Translations under genes and position numbers: made by a program
From: a virus
Strand: one strand, 5' to 3'
UHGV virus genome: UHGV-0165251
Length of the DNA stretch: 26,293 nt
The notes under the pieces: generated by a model
The model's input: the letters and a program-made list of their open reading frames with translations, nothing else
The model's database searches: none
Told to the model about the DNA's origin: nothing
In this document: in pieces, positions 7,828 through 15,884 of the stretch
Numbering within the stretch: the stretch's first letter is position 1
Layout: each line of letters starts with the position of its first letter

Positions 7828-8078
7828 ATCTCACCTTCAAGAGCTTTGCTGATTGCTGACAGTGCTTTCGATACTTCATCAGGATAATGGTCATTCCATT
7901 TTTGCTTGTATGCCTTGTTTAGCATCGCTTGCAGAGCTTCGAGCAAATCAGGAGCTGCCTCCATCAATCTCACATCACCTCGATGGATGGTTGTATCGTC
8001 AAACGTGAAATAAACCCCATCATCGTTAAATCCAGCGCCAACAACATTCCATGGCCTTTTCATTCTTCCTACTGTCAT
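7824..8078 (-). CDS. hypothetical protein (84 aa), first gene of the repeat-flanked cassette
   Basis: gaggtga RBS; translationally coupled to the 152-aa gene; no family recognised. Confidence 0.65.
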   Translation of the reverse strand: MTVGRMKRPWNVVGAGFNDDGVYFTFDDTTIHRGDVRLMEAAPDLLEALQAMLNKAYKQKWNDHYPDEVSKALSAISKALEGEI

Positions 8079-8094
8079 TATTCACCTCTGTGTA

Positions 8095-8122
8095 TTTATG
8101 CCAAAAATAAAGGCCGACTATG
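8095..8122. repeat. 28-bp direct repeat, copy 2 (tttatgccaaaaataaaggccgactatg)
   Basis: Direct repeat of 7325..7352; contains the stop codon of the 8118..8432 gene. Confidence 0.7.
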
Positions 8123-8432
8123 TGGCTTTATATCTGCGCACTGAAATAATTGGGCAGTGTGTAATTCCAGCAGTCTTTTCCCATCTCAACAATGGGATGC
8201 GGAATACTTCGAACTCCACCTTCCCGATATGGTCGTTTTGGAAATCCTTTTTCCCCACCAACCAAACCTTTTCAAATCTACGCTCTATAAGGAAAGCTGA
8301 TGACCATCCATATTTAGAACCAGCTTTTAACGCTTCCTTTTTTGTCGGAAAGGTTGTAACAATGGAAATTATCTCATCAACTCGGAGGCTTAAAAGATTA
8401 TTGTCTTTAAAGCTAATTCCGTTCGACGCCAT
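8118..8432 (-). CDS. hypothetical protein (104 aa) immediately downstream of N
   Basis: Start 3 nt after the N stop; no family recognised. Confidence 0.55.
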   Translation of the reverse strand: MASNGISFKDNNLLSLRVDEIISIVTTFPTKKEALKAGSKYGWSSAFLIERRFEKVWLVGKKDFQNDHIGKVEFEVFRIPLLRWEKTAGITHCPIISVRRYKAT

Positions 8433-8435
8433 AAT

Positions 8436-8741
8436 TCATCCCTCATACAGTGGTTTGCTGCCTAATTTCATTTTCTGGCGACCAACACAAGTCACACCCA
8501 TTTCACTGCGTGGCTTGCGGTAGTAAATACGATTCTGTTTACGCTCGACTTCTTCTGACTTCTTGCAGCGAAGGCTTCCGAGTGATGCTGCTTTATCTGC
8601 TCTGACGCAACCAGAGAGCTTTAGCGCAATTTTTCGCGCCAGTCGCTGCTCTTGCATTGCCTGTTCACGTTGAGCCTGTCTGCGTGCTCTGCGGCGATTT
8701 CTGGCGTTATCGTCAGCCAGATATGTAATGACTACTGTCAT
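8436..8741 (-). CDS. N: N-type transcription antiterminator
   Basis: N-terminal arginine-rich motif NARNRRRARRQAQRE; C-terminal YRKPRSEMGVTCVGRQKMKLGSKPL resembles lambda N (YSKPGERGITCSGRQKIKGKSIPLI). Confidence 0.8.
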   Translation of the reverse strand: MTVVITYLADDNARNRRRARRQAQREQAMQEQRLARKIALKLSGCVRADKAASLGSLRCKKSEEVERKQNRIYYRKPRSEMGVTCVGRQKMKLGSKPLYEG

Positions 8742-8849
8742 GTTGACCTCCGATGATTGACTTTGGCGGTGACGCGCCGGGTGCTTATCTTCCGGTTGCT
8801 GTCGTGCAGCTGCACTTCACGTCACCCCAAAGCCAACTACTCTTTGGTT

Positions 8850-8889
8850 CCCGCATTTCGGCGGGACAATCCCATCAATGTTAAAGAGC
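8850..8889 (-). promoter_or_regulatory. nutL (boxA gctctttaa plus boxB hairpin cccgccgaaatgcggg)
   Basis: The same boxA and boxB sequences recur at 10519..10561 on the plus strand (nutR); nutL lies between pL and N. Confidence 0.6.
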
Positions 8890-8935
8890 CTGCCAATCTT
8901 TTCCGTTTGGCTTCCAGCTTCCTGCTGATGGCTAA

Positions 8936-9022
8936 AGAATACTGTAGGTATTTTATTGTGTAAATACCCAAGGTATTTATTTTTGATGAAATAATGATAA
9001 GCAAATGAATACAAAGGATATT
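8936..9022 (-). promoter_or_regulatory. oL/pL: three operators AATAC-N5-GTATT (8938..8952, 8963..8977, 9008..9022); pL -35 tttaca and -10 tattct
   Basis: Palindromes of the same consensus as in oR; putative -10 and -35 (17-bp spacer) overlap OL1 and OL2. Confidence 0.55.
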
Positions 9023-9108
9023 TATTTTTTCGGTGTCTGCTTGTTCAGTGCTTTTTATGCGGGATATGTGAAGTGGATCCCGATAGCTATTGCTGCCGGG
9101 ATTATAGG

Positions 9109-9477
9109 TTAGTCAGCGAAGGTTAAGACGAGAATTAACTTAATGATGTCTGCTACAACAGACACGGCCATAGATAAACCAAAGACGATCCAAGCCACAG
9201 TGATGTCTTCACTACCATCGTATAGAGTTCCGTAATCACTGGTGTAAGGCGTAAATGTCGCGCCTTGATACAACAGGTATAAGCTTGAACCATAGAGGAT
9301 AAATGCAGATATCCCTTGTATTGCTATGATCACTAGAATCATGAAACGAGCTGATCTATGCGCCCAAGCCTGTCTTATTTTTTCTGATAGAGATTTCGCA
9401 ATAAAAGCATGCGCTAAGCCGTAAATTGTCGAGATTGCCAACATCCCAAAAAAGCTTGCTATAGCGGTTCCAACCAT
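9109..9477 (-). CDS. hypothetical integral membrane protein (3 predicted TM helices) co-transcribed with cI
   Basis: ATG 16 nt after the cI stop with aagggg RBS (the ORF track starts it at TTG overlapping the cI stop); three long hydrophobic segments; not RexB-like. Confidence 0.65.
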   Translation of the reverse strand: MVGTAIASFFGMLAISTIYGLAHAFIAKSLSEKIRQAWAHRSARFMILVIIAIQGISAFILYGSSLYLLYQGATFTPYTSDYGTLYDGSEDITVAWIVFGLSMAVSVVADIIKLILVLTFAD

Positions 9478-9494
9478 AAGCGCCCCTTGCGTGA

Positions 9495-10211
9495 TCAAAC
9501 CAGCCTTAGTTTTGTCTCAATTGCAACGCCTATAATCTTGCAGTTTCCATTGATTGGCACGAGAGGCCATGCAGGGTTAAGTCCCTTGAGGTATTTATTT
9601 CCTCCGTCGATTATCAGCTTCTTGAATGTTGCCTCGTTAGAGTCAGAAAGTTTTGCTATGACCAAGCTGCCGTTGATCGCCTCCCTTCCGGTATCGAAAA
9701 GAACGAATGTTCCCTCTGGAATGCTTAACCCAACCGGTGCCGTCATTGAATCACCTTCCACTTTAAGCCAGAACGCATTACCTTGAATATGCGCGTCAGA
9801 CTCAAGCCAAACATCTATGTCTTTAATGGTGTATGGTTCGCATGCTTCACACCACGAGCCAGCCTGGATACTGCTTAACACCGGATACCTCTTTCCTGCT
9901 CTGTATTCCCCTGCATACCTTACGTTGGCATCGCTCTTAAGGCTTTCTGCCTGTTCTGCAACCTTGGCAGCAATTGACTGGCTAAAATCAGCAATTGAGA
10001 CTTGCAACAATCGTGCAAAACCAGATGCAACCTCAACGTTTAGCGCATTTCTGCCATTAAGATAATGCCCTACCGCTCCTTGGGTGATACCCAGTTCATC
10101 AGCGATTGAGTATTGGGTTATTCCCAATTCTTTCTTTTTTGACTCATACAAAGCCTTAAGCCGCTTAGCGTCTTCCAGCTGTTCTGTCGTCAGTGATTTT
10201 TTATTTTCCAT
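9495..10211 (-). CDS. cI: CI repressor (HTH domain plus LexA/S24-type autocleavage domain)
   Basis: 238 aa; N-terminal HTH (ITQYSIADELGITQGAVGHYLNG), C-terminal GDSM serine and K dyad region (GDSMTAPVG...VIAKL...TFKKL). Confidence 0.9.
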   Translation of the reverse strand: MENKKSLTTEQLEDAKRLKALYESKKKELGITQYSIADELGITQGAVGHYLNGRNALNVEVASGFARLLQVSIADFSQSIAAKVAEQAESLKSDANVRYAGEYRAGKRYPVLSSIQAGSWCEACEPYTIKDIDVWLESDAHIQGNAFWLKVEGDSMTAPVGLSIPEGTFVLFDTGREAINGSLVIAKLSDSNEATFKKLIIDGGNKYLKGLNPAWPLVPINGNCKIIGVAIETKLRLV

Positions 10212-10217
10212 AGCTTA

Positions 10218-10288
10218 ATTCTAATAGCTAAGGTACTTAAACTAAAAATACCCTGAGTATTGATTGCTTTGAATACCTGTAGTATTCT
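10218..10288. promoter_or_regulatory. oR with pRM and pR: operators OR3 10223..10237, OR2 10247..10261, OR1 10272..10286; pR -35 ttgatt/-10 tattct; pRM -10 tagaat on minus strand
   Basis: Three AATAC-N5-GTATT palindromes at 24-25 bp centre spacing between divergent cI and cro; the pRM -10 ends 6 nt before the cI ATG. Confidence 0.6.
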
Positions 10289-10317
10289 TTGTTCATGGTT
10301 AATAACGGAGAGTGCAT

Positions 10318-10512
10318 ATGATTCGAATGACACTTGCCGATTACGCCAAAATCCATGGACAGGCTAAAGCAGCCAGTGACTTTGGTGTAATTCAGTGCGC
10401 TATCAGCAAGGCCATTCTGGCAGGCCGTAACATCATGGTTACGGTAAAGCCTGATGGCAGTGTGATTGGAGAGGAAGTTCGTCCTTTCCCAAGCAACAAG
10501 AAAAACAAATAG
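10318..10512 (+). CDS. cro: Cro repressor
   Basis: [64 protein letters not shown] resembles lambda Cro; ggag 7 nt upstream of this ATG. Confidence 0.85.
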   Translation: MIRMTLADYAKIHGQAKAASDFGVIQCAISKAILAGRNIMVTVKPDGSVIGEEVRPFPSNKKNK

Positions 10513-10518
10513 TAACAC

Positions 10519-10561
10519 CGCTCTTTAACAGTCATGGTCCTCATTCCCGCCGAAATGCGGG
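10519..10561 (+). promoter_or_regulatory. nutR (boxA cgctctttaa, boxB cccgccgaaatgcggg)
   Basis: Immediately downstream of cro; boxB identical to the nutL copy. Confidence 0.65.
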
Positions 10562-10569
10562 AATACAAC

Positions 10570-10600
10570 GCGCATAAGTTGATGCGCATAACTTCTTATT
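10570..10600 (+). terminator. tR1-like hairpin (gcgcat-aagttg-atgcgc)
   Basis: 6-bp stem followed by a moderately T-rich tract between nutR and cII. Confidence 0.3.
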
Positions 10601-10620
10601 TGTTAAGGAAATACTTACAT

Positions 10621-10914
10621 ATGGTTCGTGCAAACAAACGCAACGAGGCTCTAAGAATCGAGAGTGCGTTGCTTAACAAAATCGCAATGCTTGGAACTGA
10701 GAAGACAGCGGAAGCTGTGGGAGTTGATAAGTCGCAGATCAGCAGGTGGAAGAGGGATTGGATTCCAAAGTTCTCAATGCTGCTTGCTGTTCTTGAATGG
10801 GGCGTCGTCGACGACGATATGGCTCGATTGGCACGACAAGTTGCTTCGATTCTCACCAATAAAAAACGCCCGGCGGCAACCGAGCGTTCTGAACAAATCC
10901 AGATGGAATTCTGA
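10621..10914 (+). CDS. cII: CII transcriptional activator
   Basis: 97-aa product MVRANKRNEALRIESALLNKIAMLGTEKTAEAVGVDKSQISRWKRDW... near-identical to lambda CII as I recall it. Confidence 0.9.
   Translation: MVRANKRNEALRIESALLNKIAMLGTEKTAEAVGVDKSQISRWKRDWIPKFSMLLAVLEWGVVDDDMARLARQVASILTNKKRPAATERSEQIQMEF
10630..10643 (-). promoter_or_regulatory. pRE CII-binding site (ttgcgtttgtttgc on minus strand)
   Basis: TTGC-N6-TTGC direct repeat inside the cII 5' end, antisense orientation. Confidence 0.5.
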
Positions 10915-10937
10915 GGTCATTACTGGATCAATCCACA
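10860..10937 (-). ncRNA. oop: oop antisense RNA with terminator hairpin
   Basis: Plus strand aataaaaaacgcccggcggcaaccgagcgttctgaacaaatccagatgga... matches the lambda oop region as I recall it; cgcccggcggc hairpin plus T-run on the minus strand. Confidence 0.55.
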
Positions 10938-10946
10938 GGAGTAATT

Positions 10947-11108
10947 ATGACAAAACGTCGTAAGAAATACCAGGAAAAAGAAGAGATTCGACACCCTGAT
11001 TCACCTGAGGGATTAGTGGTAGCCGCAGCAAATAACAGGGCGTTCGCAGAGCGCCTTGTTGGTGTTTACAGACTAGCCAAAGCAGGAGTGAAACATGGGC
11101 GTCGTTAA
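10947..11108 (+). CDS. possible small basic protein (53 aa) between cII and the O-like gene
   Basis: Own translation [53 protein letters not shown]; ggag 7 nt upstream; overlaps the O-like start by 14 nt. Confidence 0.25.
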   Translation: MTKRRKKYQEKEEIRHPDSPEGLVVAAANNRAFAERLVGVYRLAKAGVKHGRR

Positions 11109-11916
11109 GTTAGCTGATTACAGGCCTCAACTGGAGGTCGTGGAGCATCGCGTGGCAGATACCGAAGATGGTTTCATGCGCGTTGCTAACGAGATTACCG
11201 ACAGTCTGCTGATGGCTGATTTAACCGTCCGGCAGCTGAAGGTGATGCTCGCTATCATGCGCAAGACATACGGATTCAATAAGCCGATGGATCGACTCAC
11301 AAACACGCAGATAGCAGCCATGACAGGTATTCATCACACTCATGTTTGCGCTGCCAAGCGCCAGCTTATCGAGCGTAAATTCCTCATTGCTGATGGCGTG
11401 AAAATCGGAGTGAACAAGGTGGTTTCTCAGTGGATTAGCCAGGACAGCTTAACATTAGCTAAAACAGCTAATAAAACATTAGCCAAGTCGGCTAATGGGC
11501 ATAAGCCAAGTCAGCTAAACACAAAAGACAATATACAAAAGACAATAAATACAAATACCCCCTTACCCCCTAACGGGGGCGGCGATGGGCAGGTTAAACC
11601 TGAACGTCGCAAGGCAGAACGAATCGACTACGAATCCTTCCTGAACGCCTACAACACCGAAGTCGGTGACAGACTTCCACATGCTGTTGCGGTCAACGAG
11701 AAACGCAAACGCCGCCTGAAGAAAATCATCCCGCAACTGAAAACGCCAAACGTGGACGGTTTCAGAGCGTATGTCAGGGCGTTTGTGCATCAGGCCAAGC
11801 CGTTTTACTTCGGAGACAACGACACGGGCTGGACGGCTGATTTTGATTACTTGCTGAGAGAAGATTCGTTAACGGGGGTTCGGGAAGGGAAGTTTGCAGA
11901 CAGGGGGATAGCATGA
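11095..11916 (+). CDS. O: replication initiator, lambda O / P22 gp18-like N-terminal domain
   Basis: [32 protein letters not shown] matches lambda O (LTKRQFKVLLAILRKTYGWNKPMDRITDSQLS); C-terminal half unrelated to lambda O. Confidence 0.8.
   Translation: MGVVKLADYRPQLEVVEHRVADTEDGFMRVANEITDSLLMADLTVRQLKVMLAIMRKTYGFNKPMDRLTNTQIAAMTGIHHTHVCAAKRQLIERKFLIADGVKIGVNKVVSQWISQDSLTLAKTANKTLAKSANGHKPSQLNTKDNIQKTINTNTPLPPNGGGDGQVKPERRKAERIDYESFLNAYNTEVGDRLPHAVAVNEKRKRRLKKIIPQLKTPNVDGFRAYVRAFVHQAKPFYFGDNDTGWTADFDYLLREDSLTGVREGKFADRGIA
11453..11557. other. candidate replication origin: three ~20-bp iterons plus AT-rich tract inside the O-like gene
   Basis: cattagctaaaacagctaat / cattagccaagtcggctaat / cataagccaagtcagctaaac followed by acaaaagacaatatacaaaagacaataaatacaaatac. 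Confidence 0.5.
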
Positions 11917-13289
11917 GACAGGATATCGAAGCGAGCGTTATCGGTGGCCTGCTGATTGGTGGATTAACTCCAACCGCCAGCGACGTTCTGGCAACGCTGG
12001 AGCCGGAAGCGTTTTCAATTCCGCTCTACCGGAAAGCCTTCGAGGTTATCCGCAAGCAGGCGAGAAACAGAAACCTAATCGATGCGCTGATGGTTGCCGA
12101 GGCGTGCGGAGAGGAGCATTTCACGTCAATCCTGATGACCAGCAAAAACTGCCCGAGTGCCGCAAACCTGAAGGGATATGCAGGAATGGTCGCGGATAAC
12201 TATCACCGCCGTCTGGTGCTGGAAATCATGGATGAAATGCGTGAACCAATTCAGAGCGGAACCATCGACGCATCGAGTCAGGCGATGGATGAACTTGTAA
12301 AGCGTCTTTCAGCCATCAGAAAGCCCCGTGACGAGGTTAAACCGGTACGGTTAGGGGAAATCATCACTGACTACACTGACACGCTTGACAGGCGTCTGAG
12401 GAACGGAGAAGAGTCAGATACCCTGAAGACCGGAATCGACGAACTTGACGCCATCACCGGAGGGATGAACGCAGAAGACCTGGTGATTATCGCCGCTCGT
12501 CCTGGTATGGGTAAAACCGAACTGGCGCTGAAGATTGCCGAAGGCGTTGCAAGCCGTGTTATTCCTGGTTCTGACGTCCGGCGCGGAGTGTTGATTTTCT
12601 CGATGGAAATGAGCGCATTGCAGATTGCAGAGCGAAGCATTGCCAACGCCGGGAGGATGTCGGTTAGCGTACTGCGAAATCCTGCATCGATGGATGACGA
12701 AGGCTGGGCGCGTGTTGCTAACGGCATGAGTCAGCTTGCAGATTTGGATGTATGGGTAGTCGATGCCTCGCGGTTATCGGTCGAAGAAATTCGCTCAATC
12801 GCAGAGCGGCACAAACAGGAAAATCCAAACCTGTCACTCATCATGGCGGATTATCTTGGCCTGATTGAGAAGCCGAAAGCAGATCGCAACGACCTCGCAA
12901 TTGCTCACATCTCCGGAAACCTGAAGGCGATGGCGAAAGACCTGAAAACACCGGTTATTTCCCTGAGTCAGCTTTCACGCGATGTTGAGAAGCGACCAAA
13001 CAAACGCCCGACAAACGCAGATTTGCGTGATTCAGGAAGCATTGAACAGGACGCAGACTCAATCATCATGCTCTATCGGGAAGCGGTATATGACGAGAAC
13101 AGTAGCGCCGCGCCATTTGCTGAAATCATCGTGACGAAAAACCGTTTTGGCTCACTTGGTACGGTTTACCAGCGGTTCTGCAACGGACACTTTGTTGCAT
13201 GTGACCAGGATGAAGCCAGACAGATTTGCACAACATCAAATGCACCCGCTGCGCGTGGCAGACGATATGCACAAGGGGCTGACGTATGA
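11913..13289 (+). CDS. DnaB-family replicative helicase (P22 gp12-like)
   Basis: 458 aa; Walker [10 protein letters not shown], DnaB motifs (SLEMS-like [18 protein letters not shown]); start overlaps the O-like stop (ATGA). Confidence 0.9.
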   Translation: MRQDIEASVIGGLLIGGLTPTASDVLATLEPEAFSIPLYRKAFEVIRKQARNRNLIDALMVAEACGEEHFTSILMTSKNCPSAANLKGYAGMVADNYHRRLVLEIMDEMREPIQSGTIDASSQAMDELVKRLSAIRKPRDEVKPVRLGEIITDYTDTLDRRLRNGEESDTLKTGIDELDAITGGMNAEDLVIIAARPGMGKTELALKIAEGVASRVIPGSDVRRGVLIFSMEMSALQIAERSIANAGRMSVSVLRNPASMDDEGWARVANGMSQLADLDVWVVDASRLSVEEIRSIAERHKQENPNLSLIMADYLGLIEKPKADRNDLAIAHISGNLKAMAKDLKTPVISLSQLSRDVEKRPNKRPTNADLRDSGSIEQDADSIIMLYREAVYDENSSAAPFAEIIVTKNRFGSLGTVYQRFCNGHFVACDQDEARQICTTSNAPAARGRRYAQGADV

Positions 13290-13315
13290 ACATCTACATC
13301 ACTGAGATAATAACA

Positions 13316-13345
13316 GGGGCTATTTACACAGTAGCCCTTTTTTAT
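13316..13345 (+). terminator. tR2-like rho-independent terminator
   Basis: gggcta-tttacacag-tagccc followed by ttttttatt; at the position and of the form of lambda tR2. Confidence 0.6.
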
Positions 13346-13367
13346 TGGATTAAGAACGAGGGGGATC

Positions 13368-13583
13368 ATGATGGACACCGTTAACGGAATGTGTTCAGAC
13401 GCACCGCGTGCCAAAAAATGTAAATGCGGAAAATCACCGACAATATTCGACATGGAGAACGGGTGCCAAATCTACTGCGCTAACCACGCCGCTGTGGCGG
13501 CCGCGAATTATCGCAGTGCGGTAACGGAGTGGAATAACCTGAAATCTGTTAGAGAGGGAAGTCATGAAAAAACTAACCTTTGA
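13368..13583 (+). CDS. hypothetical small Cys-rich protein (71 aa)
   Basis: gaggggg RBS; C..C.C...C..YC pattern; lies in a ~220-bp insert between tR2 and ninB. Confidence 0.5.
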   Translation: MMDTVNGMCSDAPRAKKCKCGKSPTIFDMENGCQIYCANHAAVAAANYRSAVTEWNNLKSVREGSHEKTNL

Positions 13584-14004
13584 AATTCGATCCCCAGCAC
13601 ATCAGCAAAACGCTATTCACGCAGTACAGCAAATCCTTCCAGACCCAACCAAACCAATCGTAGTAACCATTCAGGAACGCAACCGCAGCTTAGACCAAAA
13701 CAGGAAGCTATGGGCCTGCTTAGGTGACGTCTCTCGTCAGGTTGAATGGCATGGTCGCTGGCTGGATGCAGAAAGCTGGAAGTGTGTGTTTACCGCAGCA
13801 TTAAAGCAGCAGGACGTTGTTCCTAACCTTGCCGGGAATGGCTTTGTGGTAATAGGCCAGTCAACCAGCAGGATGCGTGTAAGCGAATTTGCGGAGCTAT
13901 TAGAGCTTATACAGGCATTCGGTACAGAGCGTGGCGTTAAATGGTCAGACGAAGCGCGACTGGCTCTGGAGTGGAAAGCGAGATGGGGAGATAAAACTGA
14001 ATGA
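13564..14004 (+). CDS. ninB: NinB (Orf-family recombination mediator)
   Basis: MKKLTFEIRSPAHQQNAIHAVQQILPDPTKPIVVTIQERNRSLDQNRKLWA... near-identical to lambda NinB as I recall it. Confidence 0.9.
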   Translation: MKKLTFEIRSPAHQQNAIHAVQQILPDPTKPIVVTIQERNRSLDQNRKLWACLGDVSRQVEWHGRWLDAESWKCVFTAALKQQDVVPNLAGNGFVVIGQSTSRMRVSEFAELLELIQAFGTERGVKWSDEARLALEWKARWGDKTE

Positions 14005-14591
14005 ACAAATACCGACTTATTTACGCAGATCCGCCTTGGCAATATCGCGACAAAGCCAACGATGGCAATCGCGGTGCTGGACATAAATACGATGTTATGA
14101 ATGTTCAGGACATTTGCCGACTGCCAGTATGGGATTTAGCGGATCCAGAATCTTGCTTGTTAGCGATGTGGTGGGTGCCGACACAGCCAGCCGAAGCGCT
14201 AAAGGTAATTGAGGCGTGGGGATTCAGGTTGATGACTATGAAAGGCTTTACTTGGCACAAAACCAATAAGCACAAAGGCAACAGTGCGATCGGAATGGGG
14301 CATATGACCCGGGCAAATAGCGAGGATTGCTTGTTTGCCGTTCGAGGGCGGTTACCTGAGAGAATGGACGCTTCAATATGCCAGCACTTTACCGCACCGA
14401 GAATGGAGCACAGTGCAAAACCACCGATCGTAAGAGACATGTTAGCTAAGTTGCTTGGCGACGTGCCGCGCTGTGAGTTATTTAGCCGCGACAAAGTGAC
14501 CGGGTGGGATATGTGGGGCAATCAGTGCGACTCCGATTTTGAACTGGCTACCGGCATGGCGATTAAACCATGCAAAATGGTGATCGCATGA
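14001..14591 (+). CDS. DNA N6-adenine methyltransferase, MT-A70 family (orphan)
   Basis: N-terminal [10 protein letters not shown] (DPPW catalytic motif); occupies the slot of lambda ninC; no adjacent restriction endonuclease. Confidence 0.8.
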   Translation: MNKYRLIYADPPWQYRDKANDGNRGAGHKYDVMNVQDICRLPVWDLADPESCLLAMWWVPTQPAEALKVIEAWGFRLMTMKGFTWHKTNKHKGNSAIGMGHMTRANSEDCLFAVRGRLPERMDASICQHFTAPRMEHSAKPPIVRDMLAKLLGDVPRCELFSRDKVTGWDMWGNQCDSDFELATGMAIKPCKMVIA

Positions 14592-14761
14592 AGCACTGTT
14601 ATCGATGTGGAGAGCGAAAGGAAGACGATCGCTTTCGACCCGGGCAACATTACTGGAATCGATGGTGTCTCCGGTGTGAAAGAACACCAACAGGGGTGTT
14701 ACCACTACCGCAGGAAAAGGAGGACGTGTGGCGAGACAGCGACGAAGTATCACCGACATAA
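14588..14761 (+). CDS. ninD: NinD
   Basis: [57 protein letters not shown] resembles lambda NinD; start overlaps the methyltransferase stop. Confidence 0.7.
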   Translation: MKHCYRCGERKEDDRFRPGQHYWNRWCLRCERTPTGVLPLPQEKEDVWRDSDEVSPT

Positions 14762-14910
14762 TCTGCGAAAACTGCAAATACCTTCCAACGAAGCGCTCCA
14801 GAAATAAACGCAAGCCAATCCCAAAAGAATCTGACGTAAAAACCTTCAACTACACGGCTCACCTGTGGGATATCCGGTGGCTTAGAGAACGTGCGAGGCA
14901 TACAAGGTGA
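14728..14910 (+). CDS. ninE: NinE
   Basis: GTG start after aaaggagg; [51 protein letters not shown] matches lambda NinE. Confidence 0.75.
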   Translation: MARQRRSITDIICENCKYLPTKRSRNKRKPIPKESDVKTFNYTAHLWDIRWLRERARHTR

Positions 14911-15077
14911 TTGACCCAAATCGAAGTTACGAACAAGAAAGCGTCGAGCGAGCTTTAACGTGCGCTAACTGCGGTCAGAAGCTGCATGTGCTGGAAGTTC
15001 ACGTGTGTGAGCACTGCTGCGCAGAACTGATGAGCGATCCGAATAGCTCAATGTACGAGGAAGAAGACGATGGCTAA
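14907..15077 (+). CDS. ninF: NinF
   Basis: Own translation [56 protein letters not shown] (56 aa); GTG overlapping the ninE stop; below the ORF-track cutoff. Confidence 0.65.
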   Translation: MIDPNRSYEQESVERALTCANCGQKLHVLEVHVCEHCCAELMSDPNSSMYEEEDDG

Positions 15078-15681
15078 ACCAGCGCGAAGACGATGTAAAA
15101 ACGATGAATGTCGGGAATGGTTTCACCCTGCATTCGCCAATCAGTGGTGGTGCTCTCCAGAGTGTGGAACCAAGATAGCACTCGAACGACGAAGTAAAGA
15201 ACGCGAAAAAGCGGAAAAAGCAGCAGAGAAGAAACGACGACGAGAGGAGCAGAAACAGAAAGATAAACTTAAGATTCGAAAACTCGCCTTAAAGCCCCGC
15301 AGTTACTGGATTAAACAAGCCCAACAAGCCGTAAACGCCTTCATCAGAGAAAGAGACCGCGACTTACCATGTATCTCGTGCGGAACGCTCACGTCTGCTC
15401 AGTGGGATGCCGGACATTACCGGACAACTGCTGCGGCACCTCAACTCCGATTTGATGAACGCAATATTCACAAGCAATGCGTGGTGTGCAACCAGCACAA
15501 AAGCGGAAATCTCGTTCCGTATCGCGTCGAACTGATTAATCGCATCGGGCAGGAAGCAGTAGACGAAATCGAATCAAACCATAACCGCCATCGCTGGACT
15601 GTCGAAGAGTGCAGGGCCATCAAGGCGGAGTATCAGCAGAAACTCAAAGACCTGCGAAATAGCAGAAGTGAGGCCGCATGA
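15070..15681 (+). CDS. ninG: NinG (Rap) recombination-associated endonuclease
   Basis: 203-aa product near-identical to lambda NinG as I recall it. Confidence 0.9.
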   Translation: MAKPARRRCKNDECREWFHPAFANQWWCSPECGTKIALERRSKEREKAEKAAEKKRRREEQKQKDKLKIRKLALKPRSYWIKQAQQAVNAFIRERDRDLPCISCGTLTSAQWDAGHYRTTAAAPQLRFDERNIHKQCVVCNQHKSGNLVPYRVELINRIGQEAVDEIESNHNRHRWTVEECRAIKAEYQQKLKDLRNSRSEAA

Positions 15682-15884
15682 CGTTCTCAGTAAAAACCAT
15701 TCCAGACATGCTCGTTGAAGCATACGGAAACCAGACAGAAGTAGCACGCAGACTGAAATGTAGTCGCGGTACGGTCAGAAAATACGTTGATGATAAAGAC
15801 GGGAAAATGCACGCCATCGTCAACGACGTTCTCATGGTTCATCGCGGATGGAGTGAAAGAGATGCGCTATTACGAAAAAATTGA
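15678..15884 (+). CDS. ninH: NinH
   Basis: [43 protein letters not shown]... matches lambda NinH. Confidence 0.8.
   Translation: MTFSVKTIPDMLVEAYGNQTEVARRLKCSRGTVRKYVDDKDGKMHAIVNDVLMVHRGWSERDALLRKN

Noticed and set aside
8757-9014. ORFs 8757..8963 (+) and 8817..9014 (-) between N and the membrane-protein gene
   Set aside because: They cover the pL promoter, the oL operators and nutL; this interval is regulatory in every lambdoid phage and the ORFs lack convincing starts.
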